NCBI GenBank assembly: GCA_003135555.1
Contig: PLCF01000047.1
Location: 1 to 63,386, forward strand
Length of the DNA: 63,386 nt
Direction of reading: 5' to 3'
DNA from: Vulcanimicrobiota bacterium
Lineage (GTDB): Bacteria > Vulcanimicrobiota > Vulcanimicrobiia > Vulcanimicrobiales > Vulcanimicrobiaceae
Of this stretch, positions 35,532 to 44,212 are shown piece after piece. The notes beneath the pieces were generated by a model that was not told the origin of the DNA, made no database searches, and was given only the letters and a program-made list of their open reading frames with translations. Each line of letters opens with the position of its first letter. Position 1 is the stretch's first letter. The translations under genes and the position numbers were made by a program.

Positions 35532-36533
35532 GTGGATCCCGACGCCCGCGTGTGTCTCATCATGCCGTTCTTGAACGAAGTGGGGCACTTGCCGGCGGTT
35601 CTGCAGAGCTTGCGGGATCAGACGTTCGCGCCCGAGCGGCTGTTTCTGATCGCGGTCGACAACGGGTCGTCCGACGGCAGCGGGGCGTTGGTCGAGCGCT
35701 GGCTCGATGCCGGTCCGGCGCGCGGCGAACTGCAGCGTGTCGAACCGCCGTCGATTCCGCGCGCGCTCAATGCGGCGATCGCGCGCGTCCCGGCCGGTAG
35801 CTTCGTCATGCGGATCGACGCGCACACGCTCTACGCGCCGGATTACGTGGCGTCGATCATGACGGCGTTCGCGCAGCTCGGCGCGGAGGCGTGGTGCGTC
35901 GGCGGTTCGCCCGAGGCGGTGGCCGCGGCCGGATTCGGCACCCAGCTGCACGCCGCGTTGTTCACCAACCCGATGGGACTGGGGCCGGCGGCGTATCGCA
36001 GCGCCGGCCGGGTCGGCCCGGTGGCCAGCGTCTACCTCGGCGCGTGGCGCCCGGGCGTGCTCGAGCGCGTCGGCGGCTACGACGAGAGCTGGCGCGCGAA
36101 CGAGGACGCCGAGCTGGCCGAGCGCATCCGCGAAGCCGGCGGTGCGGTGGTGCGGGTCGAGGCCCACTCCGAGAAGCTGATCACCCGCGGCGCGCTGGGT
36201 GCGTTGCGGCAGTGGACGCGTTACGGGTACTGGCGCGCGCGCACGATCGTGCGGCATCCGCGCTCGCTGCGCTGGCGGCACCTCGCCCCGCCGGCCGCGG
36301 TCGTCGCCGGGTTGGTGCTCGCCGCGACCCCGCAGCGCTGGCTCTTGGGCGTGTTATTCGTGGGGTTCGCGGTGCTGGCGGTGGCGCTGCGCCGGCGCGA
36401 CGAGCCGCCGGCCGTGACCGCAGCGTCGCTGGTGTACTTTCCGCTCGTCCACGCGGGGTTCGGCGGCGGGATGCTGGTCGGGCTCGTCGCCGCGCTGGCC
36501 GAGTCGGCGGGGGCGATGGTACGGCGGCGATAG
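35532..36533 (+). CDS. Glycosyltransferase family 2 (ExoA-like)
   Basis: IMPFLNE, VDNGSSDGS, RIDAH, GGYDE...NEDAEL, QWTRYGYWR; C-terminal TMs. Confidence 0.9.
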   Translation: MDPDARVCLIMPFLNEVGHLPAVLQSLRDQTFAPERLFLIAVDNGSSDGSGALVERWLDAGPARGELQRVEPPSIPRALNAAIARVPAGSFVMRIDAHTLYAPDYVASIMTAFAQLGAEAWCVGGSPEAVAAAGFGTQLHAALFTNPMGLGPAAYRSAGRVGPVASVYLGAWRPGVLERVGGYDESWRANEDAELAERIREAGGAVVRVEAHSEKLITRGALGALRQWTRYGYWRARTIVRHPRSLRWRHLAPPAAVVAGLVLAATPQRWLLGVLFVGFAVLAVALRRRDEPPAVTAASLVYFPLVHAGFGGGMLVGLVAALAESAGAMVRRR

Positions 36534-36631
36534 GACCTTCGGCCCGGTCTGAATCGGGACTCCGGGCACGTCGCCGCCGCTGGCCAGTCGGGCATCATGA
36601 GCACAAAGCTCGTAAGGAGATGAGTACCACG

Positions 36632-37357
36632 ATGTGGATTACCCGCACGGTCGCCGCCGCGCTCCTGGTCCTCACGACCGGGTTACCGGCGCTGGCCCAG
36701 CCCATCGAGATCGCGACGCTCGGACGCGCGCCTCTCATGGCGGAATCGACCAGCGCTGCAGAGTTGCAGTCCAATTTTCGCAAGAACGAAGGGCTGATGC
36801 GGCGCGCCGGAATGGGCCTGGGGCTCACGCCCGAGCAGTACGAGCAATTCCGCCTAGCGCTCGACGTCGGTAAACCGAACTGGGTGACCGTTCCGCGCCA
36901 TCTGGACGCGATGACCTGGGCCTCGGGCGGCCAAGTCCACGTCCTGCGCGACGTCATCATCCCGGCGAACCTGAAGGGCGTCGAGGTCGACTTGCACTCC
37001 GGCGACAACCTCATCGCGATCTTCCTGCCGGCGAAATGCGGCAATCTGTCGGTGATCCGGCGGAGTGTCCCGCACGTCGCCGCGGTCCGCAACTTCCCGG
37101 TCCCGCACGTCGCCGCGGTGACCGCCGCCCCGCCGGCGCAGCAGCAGACCGTCGCCGTGACCCCGCCGGTCGAGCAGCCGCCGCTCGTCGCCGCGGCCCC
37201 GCCGCCGCCGCTCGTGCCGGCCGCGGTGCACCGTGGGATCGGCCTGTGGCCGCTCGCCGCCGTCCTGCCCTTCCTCGTCCGCGGCAGCAGTACGCCCGGC
37301 GTTCCGCCGCCCGACACCGGCACCATCATCGGACCGCCGCCGCCGAGCTGCCCCTAG
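36632..37357 (+). CDS. Secreted hypothetical protein with conserved Pro-rich C-terminal tail (paralog 1)
   Basis: AAGGAG SD; signal peptide ALA-QP; shares LGRAP, PRHLDAMT, LPAKCGNLS and tail with 37519-38244. Confidence 0.85.
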   Translation: MWITRTVAAALLVLTTGLPALAQPIEIATLGRAPLMAESTSAAELQSNFRKNEGLMRRAGMGLGLTPEQYEQFRLALDVGKPNWVTVPRHLDAMTWASGGQVHVLRDVIIPANLKGVEVDLHSGDNLIAIFLPAKCGNLSVIRRSVPHVAAVRNFPVPHVAAVTAAPPAQQQTVAVTPPVEQPPLVAAAPPPPLVPAAVHRGIGLWPLAAVLPFLVRGSSTPGVPPPDTGTIIGPPPPSCP

Positions 37358-37380
37358 GCCCGATTTCGTCCTGAGTGACC

Positions 37381-37410
37381 GACGCCGGAGCGCCAGCCGC
37401 CCCGGCGTTT
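37381..37410 (+). terminator. Probable intrinsic terminator
   Basis: GACGCCGG...CCGGCGTT stem followed by a short T-rich tract. Confidence 0.5.
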
Positions 37411-37518
37411 GTCGTTCCCATTGGGACCAATGCCTTCGAACACCGGGACCCCCGCCACGTTCGGCGCGGGCCGCGCGTCGGGCATGATCGTGCTAAGCGC
37501 TAAGGAGAGAGCAACACG

Positions 37519-38244
37519 ATGTGGATCAAACGTTCAGCCGGGACGGCGTTACTCGTTCTCGTGACGGCGTTGCCCGCCATGGGACAACCCATCGAGATCG
37601 CGGTGCTCGGACGAGCGCCCGTATGGCATGCGCCGGCGCACTCGCTGGCTGAGGCGCGGCAGCATTTCCGAGACAACGAAGACGCCATGCGGGGCGCGGG
37701 GCGCGCGATCGGGCTGACCGACACCCAGTTCGCCACCTTCAAGGCCGGGCTGATGTCAGCCCAGCCGAGCCAATGGGTGACCCTGCCGCGGCACCTCGAC
37801 GCGATGACGTACGGCAATCCGGCCCATCGCCTCGACGACGTCATCATCCCCAAAGGGGAAAAAGGCGTCGAGATCGACATGCCCGACGGTAACGCGACGC
37901 TCGCCGTGTACCTGCCTGCCAAGTGCGGCAACTTGTCGTTCGTGCGCCGGCGCCTCGCGGCGCTGCCCAACCCGCATCCGCTCGTCGCCGCGGCCCAGAG
38001 CTTCCCCACGCCGCTGGAGATCCCACCGCCCGCCCTGGTGAGCGCGGTGCTCCCGGCGACGAGCCCCATCTGCGTCGGGCCGCCGGGCGTCTGCGGCCCG
38101 ATCATCCCGACCGGCTTCCGCTGCGGGCCGTTCTGCTTCTTGCCGGCGATCGTCCCGTTTCTCGTGCGCGGGAGCAGCACACCCGGGGTACCGCCGCCCG
38201 ACACCGCCACGATCATCGGACCGCCACCGCCGTCCTGTCCCTAA
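37519..38244 (+). CDS. Secreted hypothetical protein with conserved Pro-rich C-terminal tail (paralog 2)
   Basis: AAGGAG SD; signal peptide; same motifs as paralog 1. Confidence 0.85.
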   Translation: MWIKRSAGTALLVLVTALPAMGQPIEIAVLGRAPVWHAPAHSLAEARQHFRDNEDAMRGAGRAIGLTDTQFATFKAGLMSAQPSQWVTLPRHLDAMTYGNPAHRLDDVIIPKGEKGVEIDMPDGNATLAVYLPAKCGNLSFVRRRLAALPNPHPLVAAAQSFPTPLEIPPPALVSAVLPATSPICVGPPGVCGPIIPTGFRCGPFCFLPAIVPFLVRGSSTPGVPPPDTATIIGPPPPSCP

Positions 38245-38270
38245 CCGGCCCCACGGCCGAATAGACCTCG

Positions 38271-38304
38271 AACCGGCGCGCGGAACGCTCCGCGCGCCGG
38301 TTTT
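38271..38304 (+). terminator. Intrinsic terminator
   Basis: AACCGGCGCGCGGA-ACGC-TCCGCGCGCCGGTT then TTCCGTTT. Confidence 0.8.
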
Positions 38305-38535
38305 CCGTTTGGCCTCCTGGGACCATAGTCCCGGGTGAGTCGGGACCCCGGCCTCGTCGCCGCAGGCGCGCCCGCGGGGATCATGAGGACGACTTCGATT
38401 GCGATTCGCTCCGCGCACGGCGGTTATTTCACGGCAGGCAGCCGAGCCCACGCCGAAATGTGGGTAGGATAGGCAGGCCACCCGCAGCGCCGGCGATCGG
38501 AACGACGACACCACGAAAGGATGCGTGAGGTCCGC

Positions 38536-39234
38536 ATGAACCGAGCCACGTTTCTCAGCACCGCCGCCGCCGCGCTCGCCCTGGCCGTTGCCGCCGCCGG
38601 CGTGATGGGCGGGATCGCGCTGGCCGCCGGCGACGGCGCGGTCATCTCGCACGACGCGTTCATGGCCTCGGCACGGGCGCCGTTCCGGCACAAGCAGCTC
38701 TTCACGTCGCCGCGCGCCAACAACGGCGCGATCTTCGCCTACATGCGCAACTCGCTCAACGGCTACCAGTTCGGCTGGAACGAAGGGCCCGGGACGCTGC
38801 ACGTCGCCGGAGTCCTCAACGGCCTGGGCGTCGCACAGGGCGTCGACGACGAGATGTGGTCGCGCTACGGGCTCGCAGCGGTGCTAACGCGCAACGGCGA
38901 CGCGGTCAAGTCGCCCGCGGCCGACCGCCTCAACCCCTGGCTGCACCCGGCGGCCCAGTATCCCCGCGACGACGCCGACCCCAACGGCCCCTTCAACCAG
39001 GACGCCTCGATCGGGACCTTGCTCCGGCGCGGCGCCACCTTTTACGTCTGCAACAATGCCCTGCGGAGCCTGGCGGCCAAGATCGTCGAGGGCGGTGCGG
39101 ACAAGGACGTCGAGTCGGTCCATGCCGACCTGCGCCGGAACCTGATCCCGGGGGCGCTGCTCGTGCCGGCGGGCGTGACGACCGTCGACGCGCTCCAGCA
39201 AGAGCACTTCACGCTCTACGACGCCGGCGTATGA
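38536..39234 (+). CDS. Exported DsrE-like protein
   Basis: Tat-like MNRATFL leader; NSLNGY, GATFYVCNNAL, LVPAGV...LQQ pattern of DsrE-fold proteins. Confidence 0.65.
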   Translation: MNRATFLSTAAAALALAVAAAGVMGGIALAAGDGAVISHDAFMASARAPFRHKQLFTSPRANNGAIFAYMRNSLNGYQFGWNEGPGTLHVAGVLNGLGVAQGVDDEMWSRYGLAAVLTRNGDAVKSPAADRLNPWLHPAAQYPRDDADPNGPFNQDASIGTLLRRGATFYVCNNALRSLAAKIVEGGADKDVESVHADLRRNLIPGALLVPAGVTTVDALQQEHFTLYDAGV

Positions 39235-39628
39235 GCCGGCCCGCGACGACCCCGAGCCAGCCGCCGGCGGCGCCGCACAGCACGTCGACGACGTTCCACG
39301 AGATCCCCTCGCGCGTGCCGTGCCTGAACTGGCCGACCTCGATCGCCGCGGAGTATGCCGCGACCAGCAGCGCCGAGCGCAGCAAGGCATGCGCGCTGGG
39401 GCCAAGCGCCTTGTCGGCCGTGAACCCGACCGCCGCGAAGGCCGCGATGCTGTATGTCTTACGCAGCAGCACGTGGAATAAGAGCGCCGAGGGTGACGTT
39501 AGGTCGTATACCTCGTTGCTCGTCGCCGCCCAGAACAACGCCGCCGCGAGCGCTAGCGCGCTCCCGATCCACCAGACTCTCGCCCTATCGGGTCCCGAGG
39601 AATCCTCATGATCGCTCGCTCGTCTCAT
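39209..39628 (-). CDS. VanZ-like membrane protein
   Basis: LRK.YSIAAF, SAAIEVGQ, DVLCGAAG pattern with ~4 TMs; start uncertain. Confidence 0.6.
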   Translation of the reverse strand: MRRASDHEDSSGPDRARVWWIGSALALAAALFWAATSNEVYDLTSPSALLFHVLLRKTYSIAAFAAVGFTADKALGPSAHALLRSALLVAAYSAAIEVGQFRHGTREGISWNVVDVLCGAAGGWLGVVAGRLIRRRRRA

Positions 39629-40531
39629 CCGGTCCGCGCTCTCGTCGCTCTGTGCGCGTCGCTCCTGCTCGCCGCGGCGCCGATCGCGACGTGGGCGGCC
39701 GACGCGCCGGCGCCGCCGTCGTCGTCGGTGATCCATCCGGGCGACACCCTGGCGATCAACGTCTACGGCGATCCGCCGCTGACCGCGGTGGTCCAGGCCG
39801 ACGGGACGATTCAGCATCCGATCGCGGGCCGCGTGCTCGTCGCGGGGATGAGCTCGGCCGAAGCGCGTGACTCACTCGTCGCAGCGCTCAAGAAGTACGT
39901 GAAGCATCCGGTGGTCGCGCTCTCCGTGCAGCAGCAAGGCCAGATCAGCGTCACCGTCCTGGGCAACGTGAAGGTTTCGGGGAAATATCCGATGCGCAGC
40001 GGCGCGCACCTCAGCGAGGCGATCGCCGCCGCGGGCGGCGTCGGCTCGATGAACGGTGAGTATCCGCAAGTGCGCGTCGCGCAATCCGACGGCAGCTTCG
40101 TCACGGCCAGCCTGCAGAAGTTGCTCCACGACGGCGACTCCGCGCAGAACCTGGCGCTCGACGACAACGCGACGGTGTACGTGCTGGGCGGCGAGACGAT
40201 TCGCGTCCAGGTCCTCGGCGCGGTCGCGCGACCGGGCAACGTCGAGGTCCTCAAAGGCGACCACCTCTCGGCGGCGCTCGCCCGCGCCGGCGTCGACGCA
40301 TCCGTACACTCCGATCTCACCCGCGTCTACTTGACGCGCACCGACCTGGTGACCGGCAACACCGGCCCGTCGTATCAAGTCGACGTGAACAAGGCGCTGC
40401 AACAGGGCGATCAGCGCTTCGACCCGGTCCTGCAGCGCGACGACAAGATCTTCGTCCCCGAGGGACGCCAGATGAACGCGACCTCGATCGGCCTGCTGGG
40501 TATTCTGGGCCGGATCTTGCGGATCTACTAG
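39608..40531 (+). CDS. wza: Polysaccharide export protein (Wza/OPX; Poly_export + SLBB domains)
   Basis: IHPGDTLAINVYG, DGTIQHPIAG, VLGAVARPG, LQRDDKIFVP; amphipathic C-terminal helix. Confidence 0.88.
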   Translation: MIARSSHPVRALVALCASLLLAAAPIATWAADAPAPPSSSVIHPGDTLAINVYGDPPLTAVVQADGTIQHPIAGRVLVAGMSSAEARDSLVAALKKYVKHPVVALSVQQQGQISVTVLGNVKVSGKYPMRSGAHLSEAIAAAGGVGSMNGEYPQVRVAQSDGSFVTASLQKLLHDGDSAQNLALDDNATVYVLGGETIRVQVLGAVARPGNVEVLKGDHLSAALARAGVDASVHSDLTRVYLTRTDLVTGNTGPSYQVDVNKALQQGDQRFDPVLQRDDKIFVPEGRQMNATSIGLLGILGRILRIY

Positions 40532-40543
40532 GAAAGGATTCCG

Positions 40544-42745
40544 ATGTACGAAACTCCGCGGCTCCCCGGAACGGCGGCGCCGCTCGCCGTCCCGGTCGGG
40601 TCGCAGTACCGCAATACCGCCGCGGTCGAGGTCGACCCGGTGAGGATGTGGCATTCGTTCGTCGGCACGCTGTCGCGGCGGCGCTGGCTGTTCGCTTCGG
40701 TGTTCCTCGGCGTGATCGCCGCGATCACGATCAGCACGCTGCTCACGCCCAAGCGCTGGACGACCGAGACCAAGATGCTCGCCGGCAACCCCAGCGGCGT
40801 GGCCTCGAATCCGGGCGCGCAGAGCGCCATTCCGTACCTCAACTCGATCATGCTGGGCGACCCCGCGCGTTCCGCCGAGACGTACACCGAACTGCTCGGC
40901 GAGACGCCGGTCGTGCAGAAAGTCATCGACAACCTCCACCTCGATACGACGGTGCGGGCGCTGCAAGGCGCGGTCAAAGTCAAGCCGATAACCAACACCA
41001 ACATCATCGCAGTCTCGGTCGCGTGGAGCAGCCCCGAGATGTCGGCGCAGATCGCCGACGAGTTCGCCAAGGTCTTCGTGCTGCGCGAAGCCGATCTCGT
41101 TTCAGGCCAGGCCAACGGCGCACTCGCGGTGCTCGCCCAGCGCGTCCCCGAGGCGCGCGACAGTCTCGCTCAGGCCGAGCGCAACCTGTCCGAGTACCAG
41201 ACCAGCCACCACATCGCGGACATCTCGACGCAGACCAGCGCGACGGTGAACAACGCCGTCGCGACCGATGCGAAGATCAACTCCGTCCAACTCGACAAGC
41301 GCCAAGCCGACGCGCAGGTCGCGTCCTTCTCCGCGACGCTGGCCGGGCTGAGCTCGACGACCGGCGGCGGAAGCAGCGTCGCGCAGAACCCGGTGCTGGC
41401 GCAACTCAACACCCAGCTGGCGACGTCCCAGACGCAACTCGCCAACGCACGCCAGCAGTACACCGACTCCCACCCCGCGGTCATCGCGCTCAAGGCGCAG
41501 GTCGCCGACCTCCAGCGCCAGATCGCCCGCACGCCCGCGACGATCGTCGCCCAGGTCAACACGATCGCCAACCCGGTCTACCAACAGGTTTCGCAGCAGC
41601 TCGCCGCGGCCCGGGCGATGAGCCAAAGCGACGCCGATCAGCTCGTCACGCTGGCGCGCCAACGCGCCGCGATCAACCCGCAACTCGCCGCGCTGCCCGG
41701 ACAGATGCAGCGCCTCGCCGAGCTCAAACGCGCGCAAAAGCTCGCCGAAGACCTGTACAACGCGCTGCAGCAGAAATTCAACGACGCGACGATCGCGCGC
41801 ACGACCGGGAGCAGCGACGTGACCATCGTCGAACCCGCGTCGGCGGCGCTGGCGACGAAGTCACCGTCGCTCTTCACGAACCTGGTGATCGCGACGATCG
41901 TCGGGCTGGTGCTCGCGCTGGGGCTGGTGTTCCTGGTCGACTGGTTCGACGGACGCATCCGCGACGAACGCGACGTCGAAGGCGAGCTCGGGTTGCCGGT
42001 GCTCGCGTCGATCCCGCAACTGCCCTCCGGCGACGGCGCCGAAGCGATCCCGGCCAACGTGCGCAACGCCGCGATGGAGTCGTACTTCCAGCTGGTGCTG
42101 GCGATGCGATACAGCTCGGATCGTCCGCTGCGTAGCGTGACGGTTACCAGCCCGCTCAAGGGTGACGGCAAGTCGACGGTGGCGATGAACGTCGCCGGCG
42201 CTTTCGGCGAGATCGCGGTCTCGAGCATCGAGCGCGAGGCCCGGGTGCTCGTCATCGACGCCGACATGCGGCGGCCCTCGCTGCACCGTAAGTTCGAGGT
42301 TCCCAACGAGCTCGGGCTCAGCGACATCCTCATCGGGCGCGCCTCGCTCGCGCAGGCGGTGCAGCGCACCGATCGCCCGGGCGTCGACGTGCTCACCAGC
42401 GGCGCGCACTCGCCCAACCCGATCAAACTCTTGCAGTCGAACCGCTTCGACGCGCTGCTGCGCGAGGCGCGCGAGCGCTACGTGACGGTCATCGTCGACG
42501 CGCCGGCGCTCGTCCCGGTGTTCGACGCCGCGATCGTGGCGTCCAAGACCGACGGCACGGTGATGATCGTCTCGGCCGCGCACACCGACGTGCGTTCGAC
42601 GCGCAAGGCGCTCGCGCGCCTCGAGAGCGTCGGCGTCAACGACCTCATCGGCACGGTCGTCAACCGCTCGACCACCAAGGTCGAGGACTACAGCGACTAC
42701 TTCGCCGCCGGCCCAACCCTGCGCGAACTGCCCAACAGCGCGTAG
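40544..42745 (+). CDS. wzc: Polysaccharide co-polymerase / tyrosine autokinase (Wzc-type)
   Basis: Two TMs flanking coiled coil; Walker A SPLKGDGKS, IDADMRRP, IVDAP; C-terminal YSDY. Confidence 0.93.
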   Translation: MYETPRLPGTAAPLAVPVGSQYRNTAAVEVDPVRMWHSFVGTLSRRRWLFASVFLGVIAAITISTLLTPKRWTTETKMLAGNPSGVASNPGAQSAIPYLNSIMLGDPARSAETYTELLGETPVVQKVIDNLHLDTTVRALQGAVKVKPITNTNIIAVSVAWSSPEMSAQIADEFAKVFVLREADLVSGQANGALAVLAQRVPEARDSLAQAERNLSEYQTSHHIADISTQTSATVNNAVATDAKINSVQLDKRQADAQVASFSATLAGLSSTTGGGSSVAQNPVLAQLNTQLATSQTQLANARQQYTDSHPAVIALKAQVADLQRQIARTPATIVAQVNTIANPVYQQVSQQLAAARAMSQSDADQLVTLARQRAAINPQLAALPGQMQRLAELKRAQKLAEDLYNALQQKFNDATIARTTGSSDVTIVEPASAALATKSPSLFTNLVIATIVGLVLALGLVFLVDWFDGRIRDERDVEGELGLPVLASIPQLPSGDGAEAIPANVRNAAMESYFQLVLAMRYSSDRPLRSVTVTSPLKGDGKSTVAMNVAGAFGEIAVSSIEREARVLVIDADMRRPSLHRKFEVPNELGLSDILIGRASLAQAVQRTDRPGVDVLTSGAHSPNPIKLLQSNRFDALLREARERYVTVIVDAPALVPVFDAAIVASKTDGTVMIVSAAHTDVRSTRKALARLESVGVNDLIGTVVNRSTTKVEDYSDYFAAGPTLRELPNSA

Positions 42746-42770
42746 CTTTGCCGCGAGGGCACCGTCCGAA

Positions 42771-43382
42771 TCACGTTTGACCCTGGAACCCGACGGTTAT
42801 ATTGACGCTAAGCGCGGCCTGTACATACTCGTCGCGCCGTGAACCGTCGTCGAGTCGATTGTCCCGAATGACGATGAAGGCTCTGTTTGCCCGTTCGTAC
42901 AGCGCATAAACCTCGCCTTCATTGTGCGCGTTATGGTAAACGATGCCGTCGACTACGCCGTAGCGAGCCTCATTTTCGTAGAAATAGCGGGACCAGCGCT
43001 GCCCCATTCGATGCGGTCCACTGCAAAGTTTCGTGATGGTTCCCGCTCGCATCGCCCCATCACCCCGCAGATCGAGGAGAATCAGCTCTCGCAAAAGCCT
43101 GAGCTGACAGTGTCGCCGATTGACCGTTAGCCCGAACTTGCGGTCGCCATAGATTTCGACGAGACAGTCCTTGAACGTCTCGCCCGCGTACAGGATGCCA
43201 CGGTCATCTTTCGCTTTCGTGTGGTGATCGAAGCGGCCGTACGGTCCGACGGTGCGAAATCCATTTGCGGTAGCAAAATGCGAATCCGGGTCGTAAATTC
43301 TGTGGATGGCAGTGCCGGCGCTCAAGGTGTAATGGACCGGACGGACGGCGCAGTCCGGCGGTGGTGGCGTCAGCGTAGCCAT
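42771..43382 (-). CDS. RES-domain toxin (NAD+ phosphorylase-like)
   Basis: IHRI, GRFDH, LYAG...LVEI, LLDLRG, DGIVY; lower-GC codon usage. Confidence 0.85.
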   Translation of the reverse strand: MATLTPPPPDCAVRPVHYTLSAGTAIHRIYDPDSHFATANGFRTVGPYGRFDHHTKAKDDRGILYAGETFKDCLVEIYGDRKFGLTVNRRHCQLRLLRELILLDLRGDGAMRAGTITKLCSGPHRMGQRWSRYFYENEARYGVVDGIVYHNAHNEGEVYALYERANRAFIVIRDNRLDDGSRRDEYVQAALSVNITVGFQGQT

Positions 43383-43384
43383 CG

Positions 43385-44095
43385 TTAGCTCACACCGGCG
43401 GCCTCCGCAGCAGCGACGACGTCATCGAGATCACCTGATTCGATCGCCTCAATCGGCGTGCGGTCGTCCAGGGCCGCCATCTTACTTTCAAACCAAACGG
43501 CGAGTTCAAGTGGCGGAAGAACCGACGCGGCGAGGACATCGCGTAGGCCGGGGATGATGCCGTCCGGAGCATCGCCCTTGAATTGCCAGCGCGGGAAGCG
43601 ATAGTCGCGGCCGAGCTTGAGCGCCAGAAGTTCCCTGCGCGCCGCTTTCTGACGGATGCCCTCCGGGCTGAGGGAGAGCTCCCGTGCCGCATCCGGGGTC
43701 GAGAACCCTTCGCTGAGCAAGCGGTTGCGGATCGTAGCGAATCGTTCGTTGAGAATCTCCGCGGGGCTTTGCTCGCTTCGGCGCGGCCTGCGCGGGAGGC
43801 TGACCGCAAAGGTCAAGACTTGTTGCTTGGAGCTTCGCGGCGTTGCGACCACGATGTCCTCGCCAACTCGGTCGCGCGGTACATCGGCTAAAATGACGAC
43901 GTCGCCCTGCCTGCGCTGACGAACCTTCTCGAGGTACTGGTGCACCGTCCGAAGATAACTCAAAGGCAGCTTCCGGATTTCCTCGCGAATCATAGCAAGC
44001 TCCACTTGAGCCGGCGTCGCCTTCTTGGCTGGGCCGCGGCTACGGGGGCGCTTTGCTGGTCCGGACAGAGGCGACGCCGGGGCGCGACGCGGCAT
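43385..44095 (-). CDS. Cognate antitoxin (HTH + MbcA/ParS-like C-terminal domain)
   Basis: STPDAARELSLS, YRFPRWQF, LDDRTPIEAI; directly upstream of RES gene. Confidence 0.8.
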   Translation of the reverse strand: MPRRAPASPLSGPAKRPRSRGPAKKATPAQVELAMIREEIRKLPLSYLRTVHQYLEKVRQRRQGDVVILADVPRDRVGEDIVVATPRSSKQQVLTFAVSLPRRPRRSEQSPAEILNERFATIRNRLLSEGFSTPDAARELSLSPEGIRQKAARRELLALKLGRDYRFPRWQFKGDAPDGIIPGLRDVLAASVLPPLELAVWFESKMAALDDRTPIEAIESGDLDDVVAAAEAAGVS

Positions 44096-44101
44096 GTCGA
44101 G

Positions 44102-44157
44102 ATCATACCACACCTCGGCTCACTTGAACAACTTGACCAACTTCGCCAACTTGAGCC
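44102..44157 (-). promoter_or_regulatory. Promoter and 9-bp tandem repeats of RES TA operon
   Basis: Minus strand TTGTTC-18-TATGAT with extended TG, 6 nt before ATG; ACTTGAACA/ACTTGACCA/ACTTCGCCA/ACTTGAGCC at 44122-44157. Confidence 0.65.
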
Positions 44158-44212
44158 AAGCCGACCAATTGAAGGCCGGCGCAGAGCGCTGGGAAGCAGA
44201 AAGCCGCTCCGG

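Noticed and set aside
37268..38244. Conserved tail as a lasso or other RiPP core peptide
   Set aside because: No lasso cyclase, RRE, YcaO or radical SAM gene in the window, and the proteins have Sec signal peptides.
38383..38472. 29-aa ORF MRTTSIAIRSAHGGYFTAG... resembling a beta-trefoil repeat
   Set aside because: No SD, ATG overlaps the putative -10 element, too short to support.
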